Of a stretch of DNA of 64,000 nt, positions 1 to 11,416 are shown in pieces. The DNA is taken from positions 1,684,508 to 1,748,507 of the forward strand of contig MU053588.1 of the NCBI GenBank assembly GCA_013239625.1, written 5' to 3'. Made by a program: the position numbers and the translations under genes. The DNA comes from Lama guanicoe (lineage: Eukaryota). The notes under the pieces are model-generated. The model saw nothing but the letters and a program-made list of their open reading frames with translations, made no database searches and was not told where the DNA came from. How positions within the stretch are numbered: position 1 is the stretch's first letter; every line of letters begins with the position of its first letter.

Positions 1-1152
1 AAAACTTCCCCCCTTAGGTAACCTCTCAAAATCCCTCCTTGTAGATCTCCTTTCAGATCAGCTTTCTAAAGGTCTTCTTCACAACCCCTGTAAATCCTAA
101 GACCCTCTTTATGACACCTCTGGGGTGCAGTTTCTTGGGACCTCCTCATATCTTCTCAGAAACCCCAGCAATTCCCTTGAGTCCTCTGAGATATGCCCTT
201 GAAGTCCCTCCAAGAGACCCTTCCAACAATCCCCAGAACCCCTTGAATCATCACCCAGAGACCTCTTGCCTTACTAAGGGACTTTTCTTAGATTATTTCC
301 CTCCCTGAACTCTCCCTCACAGTTTCCTTCAAATCCTCTAGAACCCTCTATAGAAGACCCCCACCACCACCTAGTCTTGCTTCAGAATAACTCTGAGCTC
401 CTTTTCTTAGAAAGTCCCAGAATTCTTTCTGAAAAACCCTCTACTCTGACATTCCCACATTCCCCTCAGAAGACTCACCTTCCGCATATATCCTTTTGAG
501 GACTTTACTCAAGAGATTTCTCATCTGAGCTCTCTTAGAGTTGTTCCTAAAAAGACCTGTCGTCTTGCTCCAGTAGACCTAGGATCTCTTGCAGAAGACC
601 ACACCTCCCCAGACACCCTTTAGAGAATTTTCTCCAAAATTGCTCTACATCAGCCACCCCAGCACTTTGTGAGACTTCCTCAGACCTCTCCCTCAGATTC
701 TTCCTCTGACATACTTACGAAACCTTATTCAGGGCCCTATCAGACAGACCCTTTTAGAACCCATATTTACATCCTCTGATCTCCTCCGTTCCCTTTCCTC
801 AGAAATTAGCTTAGAGATCCTTGTCAAATCTGAGCTTCCCTTCCCTATTATTTCATCATAGGCCCCCAGCATCCTCCAGATTCCCCCTCTCAAGAGCCTC
901 TGTGTCCCCTTTTATTAAAAAGATCCTCGAGAGATACCCTCACCCCTTGAAATCCCAGCTGTCAGAGATCTTTCTCTCAGACAATTTTTCTTAGGTTCCA
1001 TCTTCATAGACGCCTCCCTTCAGATCTTTGGAGACCGAAAGACTGTTAACACTCTCCTTGGGCTCTTCTTGAAGGCCCCCCATTTTTCTTTCAGAAGGCT
1101 TCTCCGTACTTTTCCCCTTTGAGGCCTCCTCACAAAAGAATCCCTTCCCCTA

Positions 1153-1323
1153 CAGTAATGTTGTCCCTGGACCAGCAGCAATAGCATCACCTGGGAACTT
1201 GTTAGAAATGCAGATTCTTGGGTCCCAACCAGACCCTACTGAATCAGAAAACCTGGGAGCAGGGCCCAGCTACCAGGAACCTTCCTGGTAATTCTGTTGC
1301 ATACTCAAGTTTGAGAACTACTG
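1153..1323. mobile_element. MER5A-like hAT-Charlie DNA transposon remnant
   Basis: cagcagcaatagcatcacctgggaacttgttagaaatgcagattcttggg...tactgaatcagaaa...ctcaagtttgagaactactg is typical MER5A sequence. Confidence 0.8.
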
Positions 1324-2624
1324 CTCTCTAAGAGGATTTCCCTTTCCTCACAGAAAGCCCCCTGGATGGTGCCCCTGTGCCCTAGTACCCACCCTCATTT
1401 TCCTGGGAGTCCCCTTTGTGAAGTACCCACCCTCCAGAAGATTCCTAACCCTCCTTGAAAGGTTTCTGGCTTCTCCATAGGGTTACCCCACCCTCTGAGC
1501 AATTACTCAGATTCTGCCTTTGAATGGTTCCCTTTCACACCTTCCTCAGCACTTTCTCCTCCTGGCTTCTCCTCCACTCCTTCAACCCATCCCCTAGCCT
1601 TTGGTACTTCTGCTCCAAATTGCTCCCTTCTTGAACACACATGTCCATCTCTTCTTATCTGTTCCTCATCTACCCTCCACATAGGCACCCTCCCCTTAAG
1701 GCACCCTCATCTTTTCATTCTGTATGTCTTACTGCCCAGAGCCCTCCATTGTACTTCTTAGAGCACCACCACCTTCTCCCTTGTAGTTTTTCATGGACTT
1801 GCACACTCACCCTCACTGGACTGGGAGTTCAGAAAATACTGGGATGTAGCTTGTTCCTTACTGAATCCCACAAGGTAGGATCTGCCCTCTGTATGTTACT
1901 GGGAATCATTGGCAAATGGGCAGCTCTTTCCTGCCTAGAAATTTCTAAGTTCCTTAGATCTCACTGCTCATAAAATCTAACCTCCTTTCTTCTCTCTCTC
2001 CAGCCCCTTTTGAGTCTTCTCCTAGGAGATGCTGTCTGCCCCACCTTCTCTTACCTGTGGAACTTCTGTTTGTGCTGTTCCCTGATTCTGAGCTACCCCA
2101 CGTCCTATTCCTGGTGATCTGTCTCACCCTAACCTAGTTGACTTCTCAGCCCCTCTCAGCCTGTATATGTCTGGGACCTCTACAGGGCTCTCAGCTTTCT
2201 CTGAGGGATTTTGTTTCTCTCTAAGATTGAGAAGAAAAAACAAAGATCACAAGGTAAACACTGGGGCCTGCCTTCAGGGAGCTCACAGTACAGTCGTGGG
2301 GTTGGGCAGGTAGATGAGTTAGAACATGAGATACAAATTATATACTCACTGTGGAAATTCAGCAGTGAGAGAAGACACCCTTTATTGGAGAGACTTCAGA
2401 AGAGGTGATATTTAGGCTGGGTGCTGTCCACAGTTGAGACAATGATGAGTGGCCTTCCAGGCAGAGGAAGCAGCTTATGCAATGGGTCAAAGACAAAAAA
2501 GACTCTTCATGTCTCACTCAGTGGCATCTCTTCTCTTTACCTAAAGGACAAAGATGAAAGAAAACAGATCTCTTCCATCTGCATTGTATTTGTCAGCTGC
2601 ACTTTGATGACCCAAGGAGTAATA

Positions 2625-2770
2625 ATATTAATGACCAGTGTTTATTAAGTAATTACTATCTGCCAGTCACTGTTTAAGTGCTTCACATGTATTATCTCAT
2701 ATTCATAAGAACTCTATAAGGTAGGTAAATTATGATTATCCTTATTTTACAAAGGATGAAATTAAGGACA
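2625..2770 (-). mobile_element. MIR SINE
   Basis: Reverse-complement MIR core: aagtgcttcacatgtattatctcat...tccttattttacaaag. Confidence 0.65.
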
Positions 2771-2869
2771 GGTGGCACAAATAGAAGGTCTCTGAGTTCT
2801 GTACATTCCAAGATGACAGTGTTTGAAGTCAGAGTTGGATTTTCTGTTCAGACATGGTTGGGTGCAATG

Positions 2870-3112
2870 GGGCATTGTAGTGTAGTGATTAAGTATGCAG
2901 ACTCAGGGGCCAGACAGGCTTTCCGTCCCACATCATTGCTTACTCGTTTTGTAACCGAGGACAAGTTATTTAACTTCTCCCATTCTTAGTTTCCACAGAT
3001 AAAAAATGAAAGTAATAATATCTTACTTCATAGAATTATTATATGGATTAAAGAAGTTAATATGTAGAAAATACTTAGAACAATGTCCTGTACCTAAGTG
3101 CTCAGTGTTAGC

Positions 3113-3113
<1 letters not shown>
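2870..3113 (+). mobile_element. MIR SINE
   Basis: gtgtagtgattaag...acaagttatttaacttctc...agtttcc...aaaatg...ttagaacaatgtcct. Confidence 0.7.

Positions 3114-3152
<39 letters not shown>
3114..3152 (+). repeat. Poly(A) mononucleotide run, A39
   Basis: Uninterrupted A run counted directly. Confidence 0.95.
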
Positions 3153-3154
<2 letters not shown>

Positions 3155-3159
3155 AACAG

Positions 3160-3480
3160 TCAGGGCTCTAAAGGTATAAGTGACAGAACCTTAGCTCAAA
3201 CTGGTTTAATAAAAAAAGAGAATTAATTGGCTCATGTTACTGAAAAGTCCAAAACCAGGATGGCTTCATACCTAGTTGCTTCCAGGAGTTCAGACAATCT
3301 TCCCAGTAATCTCTCCTCATTTCTCCACTGACGTAACCTTCATCCTCAACTGGTTTCTGCCTTATGGCAACAAAGATGGCCCTCAGCAACCTGTGACTTA
3401 AACCCTACCTCCTTAGTAGCCTCAGTGGAAAGACAACTCTTTCCTGGGAGCCCCAGTTTGAAAACAGTTTCTTCCCTGGA
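3160..3480. mobile_element. MLT1-type (ERVL-MaLR) LTR remnant
   Basis: aagtgacagaacc...ctcaaactggtttaa...aattaattggctcatgttactgaaaagtcc...aaagatggc. A related copy lies at 6455-6830. Confidence 0.6.
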
Positions 3481-3959
3481 TAAGTGTGAAATGGTGACAG
3501 AAGATCCTTAAAGACATGTTTTGGGTTCTTTACTCTGGAACTTTCTTGCTGAGCCAGATAGCACTGTGATTCCATCCCATGATCTTTCTGAGTATTGATA
3601 GTAATCCTCCTCACTGTTCCCTAGCCCCAGTCATTCAGGTCTGTATGATTGTTTGGATCCAGAAAGAGAGTTTGTGACTAGTCTGATCCAATCAGACCTT
3701 CCTTCAGGATCTCAGTGGGAGAGAAAAGAATGAGATGAATGGCCTGGTTGGGTAGTAGCCTTGGGGTAGTGGAATCCAAGAGTACTGGTGTTCAGTTCCC
3801 TACCTCAGCTTTGGATTTTCAGGGCTCAGAACTTTATAGAGGGTTAAGTAGATTACTGTTAGTCAAGTTTTGTTTGTTTTATTTGTTGAATAGAGTCTGG
3901 TTGAGAGCAAGTACCAGAACAGCAGTATACAGAATCTGCATTCTCAAATGTCTCCAGCA

Positions 3960-4830
3960 ATTAAACAATTTATGGAGACACTTTTCTAGGTACTGGAGAT
4001 ACAGCAATGAATGAAACAGTCAAGGTCTTGAAATTCTTGAAGCTTATATTCTGATGGAGGGATGATATATAAACAGAAGAAATCAGACAGTGATATGTGC
4101 TATGAAGGAATTAAAACAGTGAAACAGTTTGAAGGCGGGGAGTGGGGGAAGGGGTTGGCCACTGTACACAGGGTGGTCAGAATTGGCCTCTTTGAGGAGG
4201 TGGCAATTGAACCTGATAACCTGAAAGATGAGAAGGCACCAGTTGTGGGAAGATATGGGAGTTGGGCATTCTAATCTAAGCGTTGTTACATGTGGAGAAA
4301 GGACTGCTTTAAGGTGGAGAAGTTTTTCACAAATGTGTTTCAAGGGTCTGTTATGTGCCAGGTCCTATGCTAGGAATTGAGAATGTAACAGTGAATGAAT
4401 AAGACAGCCACAGCCTTCCTTTCCCTCGTGAATCTTACAGTCTAGGCATTTCTGGAAGAGCTACAGCCTTTGAAGAAACACCTTTTGACAATAATTATCA
4501 GGCCAAAGACTCCTTCTTACTGGGGAGATGAGGAAGATTGGGGCACACATGAACCCAGATCTGATTGATGAGAAGGAACCAGCCACGGGATGATCTGGGG
4601 AAGAACATTTCAGGTAGAGGGGTCAGCCTGTGCAAAAACCCTGAGATGTGTTCAAGGAACTGCAGGGAGATCAGTGTGGCTGGAACATAAGTGAGGCAGA
4701 AGAGATAGAAACTTGGAGTGGTTGACAGAGGCCAGATCACATGGGGCCTTGTGAGCCATGGTAAGGCGTTTACATTTCCACTTGAGAGCATTGGGAAACT
4801 ATTAGAGGATTTTTAAAGGAAGATAGTGAC
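3960..4830 (-). mobile_element. L2 LINE fragments
   Basis: atgtgccaggtcctatgctagg..., ggaagaacatttcaggtagagggg...gccagatcacatggggccttgtgagccatggtaagg. Confidence 0.65.
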
Positions 4831-4835
4831 ATGAC

Positions 4836-4930
4836 TGTTGTTGTTGTTTTTAGTTGAGGTACTGGGGATTGAATCCAGGACCTTGTGCATGCTAAACATG
4901 CTCTCTACCACTGAGCTATACCCATCCCCC
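4836..4930 (-). mobile_element. Young tRNA-derived SINE (camelid vic-1-like)
   Basis: Minus strand GGGGGATGGGTATAGCTCAGTGGTAGAGAGCATGTTTAGCATGCACAAGGTCCTGGATTCAATCCCCAGTACCTC followed by an (AAC)n tail; A box and degenerate B box. Confidence 0.75.
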
Positions 4931-5719
4931 TGTTTTTGTTTTTAAGAAAGTTTACTGGTTTCTGCAAGGAAAATGGACAGGAATAGAAGCAGGAGGTGGT
5001 TAGGAGACAGTACTTCTGTCCAGATAAGAAAGGACGGTGACCTGAATATGGTGGTGGTAGTAAAAATGGAGAGATGCTGATATATTTTGGGTGTAGAGAG
5101 AACAGAACTTCGTGATAGGATTAGAGGAAGAGGAACCCAGAATGATAATAGCTAAAAGTTCTATGAGAATATTTATGCCTCACAGCCCTTCAGGTACTGT
5201 TATTAAACCCATTTACAGCTGTGAAAACAGGCACGGCCAGGTGAAATCACTTGCCCAGAGTTATATAGGTGTCCCAGAGCTTCCCAGACTGTGTTATCTT
5301 CCAGGAGGCCTGCCTGGCTTCTCCTCTTCTCTCCCTTGCTTCCCCAGGGCCATTCATACAAAAGCTTCATTCTTGGCTGAGGCAATAATATACATATTTA
5401 ATATACTTATTTCAGGAGTTTCTGAAAATAATAGTTGATTTTCAGGAGAGAGAAGTTGGACTCCCTTGGCTTCTGACATTCTCCTGTTCCTAAGTCAAGA
5501 TAGTGAGTTAACCTTAGGTAACTAGCCTATTGACTTGTTCACGAAGTGTCAGTTCCTCAGAGGCCTGGGTGGGTGCTCTAGAAGGGCTTGGAATGGGTGG
5601 GATGGCTAGTAGGACCCTCCCTTATTTGTCCAGAGACTTGGCATTAAAGGGTGTGCCCTTAGGCCCAACTTTCTAGGCTGTGGAAGGGAACTTACGGGAG
5701 ACTGTGACACTATTCGCAG

Positions 5720-5930
5720 GAGCAAGCAAGAGCTCTAAAGCCAGACTGCCTAGCCTTGAAAATCTCAGCTTAGTTGTGGTAGTCTTGGGTAAGTGACTTA
5801 ACCTTTCCTGTGCCTCAGTTTCTTCATCTATAAAATGAAAATAATTTTGGTATACATATGTACGTTATGTATATAGTGTTCGAGATCAAATGAACTCATC
5901 CATGGAAAGCTGTTAGCACAAGGCTTGACA
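5720..5930 (+). mobile_element. MIR SINE
   Basis: gccagactgcct...gtcttgggtaagtgacttaacc...tgcctcagtttcttcatctataaaatg. Confidence 0.7.
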
Positions 5931-6454
5931 TATGACAATATATGATGTATGAAGAGGTGAAGTATCATGCTAATTTTCTTTATATACATTGTTTCACTTC
6001 ATTCTTAAAACAAGCTTGGCTGAGGAGGAAACTGAGTTACTTGCCAAAGATCAACACAGTAAGTATCAGTAGGAGATCTCAGGTTTCAGCCAGGTCTGAC
6101 TAACTCCACAGTGCTGCTTCTGAATGAAGAGAGCCTACCTCCAGAGGTGCCTCCTGTCTGTGAGCTGCTTCTCACTGTCTGGGGCCAAAGAAAGAGCCCA
6201 GTGGATAGTTTTTCCTGGAACCTCTTTGCCAATTTTTGGCTGCATTTCCCACCCTCCAGGGTTGGAAGATGCTTCTCAAGAAGGTTACTTGGTCTCTTAG
6301 AGACCAAATATGGCAGCCAGATTGTTGGGCTGTTTGAGAGGTTCCCCTCTAGTGTCTTTTCTCAAGGACAGGGAGTCATTTTTGGTCACATGAGGATAAA
6401 GAGACCAGAGCAGTGGTCAGTTACTTCTCTTGTATGGAAGCAGTCAAGGCTTAA

Positions 6455-6830
6455 AGTTGAAACTTTAAATGATAGAAACCCAGCTCAAACTGGCCTCAAC
6501 CAAAAAGGAATTTAGTCCATGTAACTGAAAAGCCTGGCATGGAGACGAGGGGTGGGAGGCTACAGGCTAGCTGGAGATAGTCTTCAAATGATGTGAATGG
6601 GTTTCTCTTTTTTCCCCCTCTCTTGACTGCTTTCATCTGTATTGGCTTCATTCTGAGATAGGCTTTCACTGTGAGGTGGCAGAAGTGGCAATCAGAAATA
6701 TCAGACGTTGTGTAATCTGAGCAACCCTAACCGAGAACTTATTTTACCCTATAGTTCCCACAAAAGTCTAAGAAGGACTTTATTTGGCCAGACTTTACTC
6801 CATGTCTACTCCTGGATCCAAGAAAGACAG
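6455..6830. mobile_element. MLT1-type LTR remnant
   Basis: gatagaaacccagctcaaactggcctcaaccaaaaaggaattt...catgtaactgaaaag...ggcttcattctgagataggct. Confidence 0.55.
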
Positions 6831-7329
6831 TTAATTCTCTGGAGGGAGCTTAGGGGGCTGGTAGCGGTAGATAGGAATGGATATTTTGCAGATAAATCCC
6901 CTCAGAATATATCATAGTAAGGTGCTACCACAGTACGATGCCTTGACATAGTCAATGCTGATGCCTTTTCCCTGGCTGATCTCACCAAGCCAGGTCTTCC
7001 TTTCTCACTGTTGCCAAGCACCCAGGATAGGAAATAACTGGGGGCCTCTAACCCTTTGATGGAAGAAGGCCAACCAGTTCTCCTCTCCAGTCACCATTCA
7101 GACCAAACACCCAGCATCCTTTTCCTGTCCAAAACCTAGAAACCCTTCCTTTAGAAATGACTTAATTCTTAAAATGACTGTTACCTAAAGCCCCAGTGTT
7201 TACTGAGGACTATCCAAACCACCTTGGGCACTAGATCCTCTATACCAATCATGAAGGTGTAGGCCCTTCTCTAGGCCCTAGGGAGGGAAAGTTAGGGGAC
7301 TTCTGGTATTTTCTGAGTTTGTGTCTATC

Positions 7330-7775
7330 TGGTCCAAAGGACTGCAGGCCACAGGCTTTGTTTGTTCTGTATAGTGGTTCATTGTTGCTGTTTTAATGTG
7401 AATTAGTTCCCAACACTTAAAAATAGGGAAATTTGATTTAAAAATCCAGATTTCTGGCTCCTCTTAAAAAGAAAATCTAGGGGGAGGGTATAGCTCAGTG
7501 GAAGAGCATGTGCTTAGCATGCACCAGGTTGTGGGTTCTTTACCTCTGTAAAGAAATAAAAATTAAAAAAAAAAAAACCTAATTACCCCCCCAACCAAAA
7601 AAAGAAAATCTAAGCACTAACAGTACTAGACCCACTTTCCCACGTGGCAGCAGTTGACTAAGGCTAAATAGTAACTTCTCTCTTTAGACAGGGTGTGTGC
7701 TTTCTAACTTACCATAGTCCTCACCAGCCTGCTTCATTGAAACCCTAGCGTTGTAAGCATCATGTTTGAGATCCT
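7330..7775. mobile_element. MER102-like hAT-Charlie remnant interrupted by a SINE
   Basis: aaaatccagatttctggctcctctt...cccactttcccacgtggcagcagttgact...ctttagacagggtgtgtgc. A similar copy lies at 20935-21270. Confidence 0.55.
7480..7598 (+). mobile_element. Young tRNA-derived SINE (camelid vic-1-like) with 14-bp target-site duplication
   Basis: GGGGGAGGGTATAGCTCAGTGGAAGAGCATGTGCTTAGCATGCACCAGG... with A-rich tail. TSD AAAAAGAAAATCTA at 7466-7479 and 7599-7612; TT/AAAA L1-endonuclease site. Confidence 0.85.
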
Positions 7776-8369
7776 GCTGTGTCCCAAAGCTTTGCTTCTA
7801 GCATTTGACTTGAGGGAAGAAGCTGGATTAATGTTTAGTCAACAGTTTGGGGGGCACAGTACTGTTGCTTAGGAAAAGTAACAACCTAGTAAAAGTGTTT
7901 ATAGGAAAGAGTGTGCACAGCTTTGGTCTGTTTGTGGATATGGTCATCTTTTTGCCATAAATGTTGTTGGCATAGCAAACCTCCTGTCACAAATGTTCCT
8001 TCTGAAATAGTAACATGTCCTTCTATCTTACGAGTTGCCACCCAGTGAAGGAATCCCTCCCACTCCCAAGGGATGTTCATCCAGCCTCTGCTTGACCACT
8101 TCCAGCAGCCAGGGAGCTTATTACCTCCTCACATGGCAGCCAGTTCCATTCTTGGACAGAAACATTATTTTAAAATTCTTCCTTCTGTTGAGGCAGCTGC
8201 TGTCTCCTTAGGACTGAAAGCCACAAAATACTGGAGCTGGAAAGGGAAACTGATTTTTTCTGGCATATGAGCTACCACTCATTCGTCCTGTGTCCAGGGC
8301 AAACATTGGTAATCAATGACAGTACTCTTTCTCACTGAACCAGAAAGAAGAATGCAGCCTTAGTTTTTT

Positions 8370-8810
8370 TTTTATTAAATTTGTCTTTAAAAATTACAAA
8401 AGTAATATGTATTCACTAGCAACTAGTGAAATAGTACAAAGTTATACAAAGAGAGTGTTAATAATTTCTCCTTCTCTCCAAGATAACCAAAGTGAACAAC
8501 ATAGGATGTATCATTCTACACATTTCTCTATATATATACATACATAGATATTCTTGTATAAGATATATAAGGGTTTTTTTTTCATTTTACAAAAATGGCA
8601 TTATATTGTACATATTATTGTCCACTTAAGGACATTTCTTCAGGTTGGTAGTTAAAGATCAAACACTATGCATAGGTATAGGTTTTATGTGTGTATTCTG
8701 CTATCAGAATCAAGCATGTTTTTAATTACTGCATAATATCCGCTGATGTGAGGTATACTCCAATTTAGTAATCATTCTCCATTGATGGATATTCCCATTG
8801 CTTCATTTCT
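8370..8810 (-). mobile_element. Old L1M fragment
   Basis: AT-rich; acaaaaatggcattatattgtaca..., tttttaattactgcataatatcc..., attctccattgatggat are typical of antisense L1ME/MC 3' regions. Confidence 0.55.
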
Positions 8811-8814
8811 TCAG

Positions 8815-8875
8815 GATCCTTCTCACCACAGTTTTCCAGGCAACCACTACCAATCGATTAGAGTTAGCCTGTGAA
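8815..8875 (+). other. SAMD4B: Candidate 61-nt non-coding 5'UTR exon of SAMD4B
   Basis: Acceptor cttcatttcttcag|GATCC at 8815 and donor TGAA|gtaaaa after 8875. Size and position (~2.3 kb upstream of the ATG exon) resemble my recollection of human exon 2. The donor is weak. Confidence 0.5.
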
Positions 8876-9299
8876 GTAAAACCCATTTGTCATGTCTGAT
8901 CCAGTCTAGCTCCTTATCTCACACATTCTAGAGAAGGAAAACAGACTACCTCAAAGATTAAAATGAATTAGTAGCTGGGACAAGACTAGAACTGAATTTT
9001 CTTGACTTTAAGCGTTTCCCGTATCTCCTGTTGCCTCTCACTTAGAGCCATCTACCCTGGGTCTCCCCTGGAGTAAATAAATCTAATTCCTCTTCTGTGT
9101 GCTGTTTGATATTTGAGGTTAGTTATGACATTCCTCCTGAGTGTTCTCTTTCCCAGGGGAAATTTCCTCAGTGCCTTCAAATTTTTCTCTTGGGACAAGG
9201 TTTCCATATCCCTTTACCATCCTTTGGGCCATTCTTTCTATCATCTTCTCCCTCAAGGGCTGAAGAAGTCCCTAGTGTGGCTTCCATGCTCGCCTTCTT

Positions 9300-9725
9300 C
9301 TTTATTCATTCATTCAGTAAATTTATGTTGAGCACCTTCTACGTGCCAGTCACTGTTCTGGGCACTGGACAGCTGTATAGCTTGCATTTTGGTGGGAAGA
9401 GAGAAACAACAAACATAAATAAGATGATATCTGAGGGTGCCAAATTATATAGAATAAATGAAATAGAATTAATACAGTAGAGTGACAGAGAGGGAGAGAC
9501 TCCTTAGATTAGATAGGGAAGATCTCTATGAGGAAGTGACATTGAGCTGAGACCTGAGTGACAAGTAGGAGCCAGCCATAGATAGGTCTAGGGGAAGAGC
9601 ATTCCAGTGAACAAGAAAGAACTTGTTAGAATGAGGTTGGAGCGTCCACAGGAGCCTTGTAGGGGGTCCTGTAGGCATTTTATTTAAGTGCAGTGGGAAG
9701 TCATTGGAGGATTTTAAGCCAGGGA
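9300..9725 (-). mobile_element. L2 LINE 3' fragment
   Basis: ttcattcattcagtaaatttatgttgagcaccttctacgtgccag...gaggaagtgacattgagctgagacctgagtgacaagtaggagccagcc. Confidence 0.75.
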
Positions 9726-11209
9726 GGCAACATTTGAGTTTCCTTTTTATTTTTTATTTTATTTATGTATTTATTTATTTTGAGTTCCCTTTTTAAAAGA
9801 TTTCTGGGAAACTTGTTTAACTTGGAGCAAGACTTCATTTTCCCCCACGCTTTTCCTTGTTATAGCCAAAGGGATTAACAGCCAGGCGAGTTTGCTCTCT
9901 TCAGATGTCCCACTGAGGATCTATGAGGTGAATCACAGCCATCGTCAGGTGTATCTCACAGCCCTCCTCAGCAGGAGCATGGAACTTCAGGGAGATGTCA
10001 GTAGCTGCCTGAGACCTGAGCCCAGCAAGTTCAATAGGTCTTTGTATGGAGTTCTCAGTCCTCTTGGCAGCCAGAGGGGAATGGAGCCGAATGTGGTTTG
10101 GGGATAGAGCCAAGGGTACTGGTTGTAAGAGAGACAGACAGGGGAAATGTGAGTGGAGACCTGGAGCTGGAGAAACTTAGAAAAAGGCTTCAGAGTACTG
10201 TCCAGAAAACAGTCAGCTGAAGAATAGGCCTGTTGTCTGCCCGGTTGACACAGCTCCTGTGTAGTTCCTGCCTAAGAGAGGAATTTGGACACCTTCTTGC
10301 TTGGGAGGTTTTGACATTTGATGTGTCCCCTTCTCAGGTTGGCATCCTCTTGGCTCTTTGGAGTCTGGATGACAGTCTGGCATCTCTGGGAGCCAAGGAG
10401 ACTTCCCAGTCCAAAGGGCTTAGGTCAGAAGTAGCCTTCATGGGAATGAGGAAGAAGGCTGGGAGGGATTCACTTCAGAGCAGAGATAGGTGGGATCTTA
10501 GAGATCAGAGTGGGAGAGCTGGGTTGGAGGAGACGAGATCCTTCCAGCCTGTTGGAGATCTTTGAAAAGGCCTCTATCCATGCCCCTACCCTTAGGCACC
10601 CAGACAATTACTGACCAGGTAGCTATCCACATACCTGAGATCTGCAGTAGGGTCACTACCTCACCACCCACTCATATCCTAGCTTTGTGCATCTTAGCTT
10701 GAAATAATGCAAAGAGCCCATAAGGTCCTTTCAGCAGGCGAGCAGTCACTCTGTCCAACCCCCTGGAGGAGGTGGCCAGAGACCAGCAGGGTCAGGGCAT
10801 GTGCTCAGGGTCACATGTCTGCTTAGTCATGTCACCTGGGGCCAGGTCTTCATTAATTTAGAATTCTTCCCATAGTGTGCAGCCTCTCCTATTTCCTGTT
10901 TCTAAAAAAATCTTACCAACTAACTCTGCTTTAAATCCACTTCTTTTGGCCCTGTGACAGCGAGGCTGGAGGGGCAGCATCTTCTTAGTCTAGGTCTCTG
11001 AGTCCCAGTCAAGCCTTTTCTCTGGATCTGTCGATTGGAGGAGAGAGTTGGTTTAGTATCTCATGTTGGCTTCATCTTTCTCCTAGGAACTCAGCAAAGC
11101 AGATACCCTGAAAGAGGAAGGCATGAGGCCTCCTTACCCCCTCAACCCACACTCACCAGGCTAGTTCTAGCCCTTTCATTCTATCTGACTCCCTTGCTTC
11201 CTTTTCCAG

Positions 11210-11416
11210 GAGCCTGGAGAGGCGTGGCTGGACCAAGACCTCCCCCAATGTGAGCAGGTGTCCTCCTCCCCTCACCACCCATTGCCACCACGCCAGGGAA
11301 CATCCTCAAACCCTGGTCCTCAGGGGAGAGGTAACAGGAGTCCGGAGCCGAGACCATGTGACGGCGCTGGCCCTCACCACCGCCGTCCCCCCAACCCTGG
11401 CCCCAGGCCCGGCACC
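11210..11416 (+). other. SAMD4B: 5'UTR part of the SAMD4B ATG exon
   Basis: Acceptor cccttgcttccttttccag|G at 11210. Contains ATGTGA at 11248-11253 and 11356-11361. Confidence 0.8.

Noticed and set aside
4836..4930. tRNA-like sequences at 4836-4930 and 7480-7598 as real tRNA genes
   Set aside because: Broken cloverleaf or B box, A-rich tails and (for 7480) a TSD identify them as SINEs.
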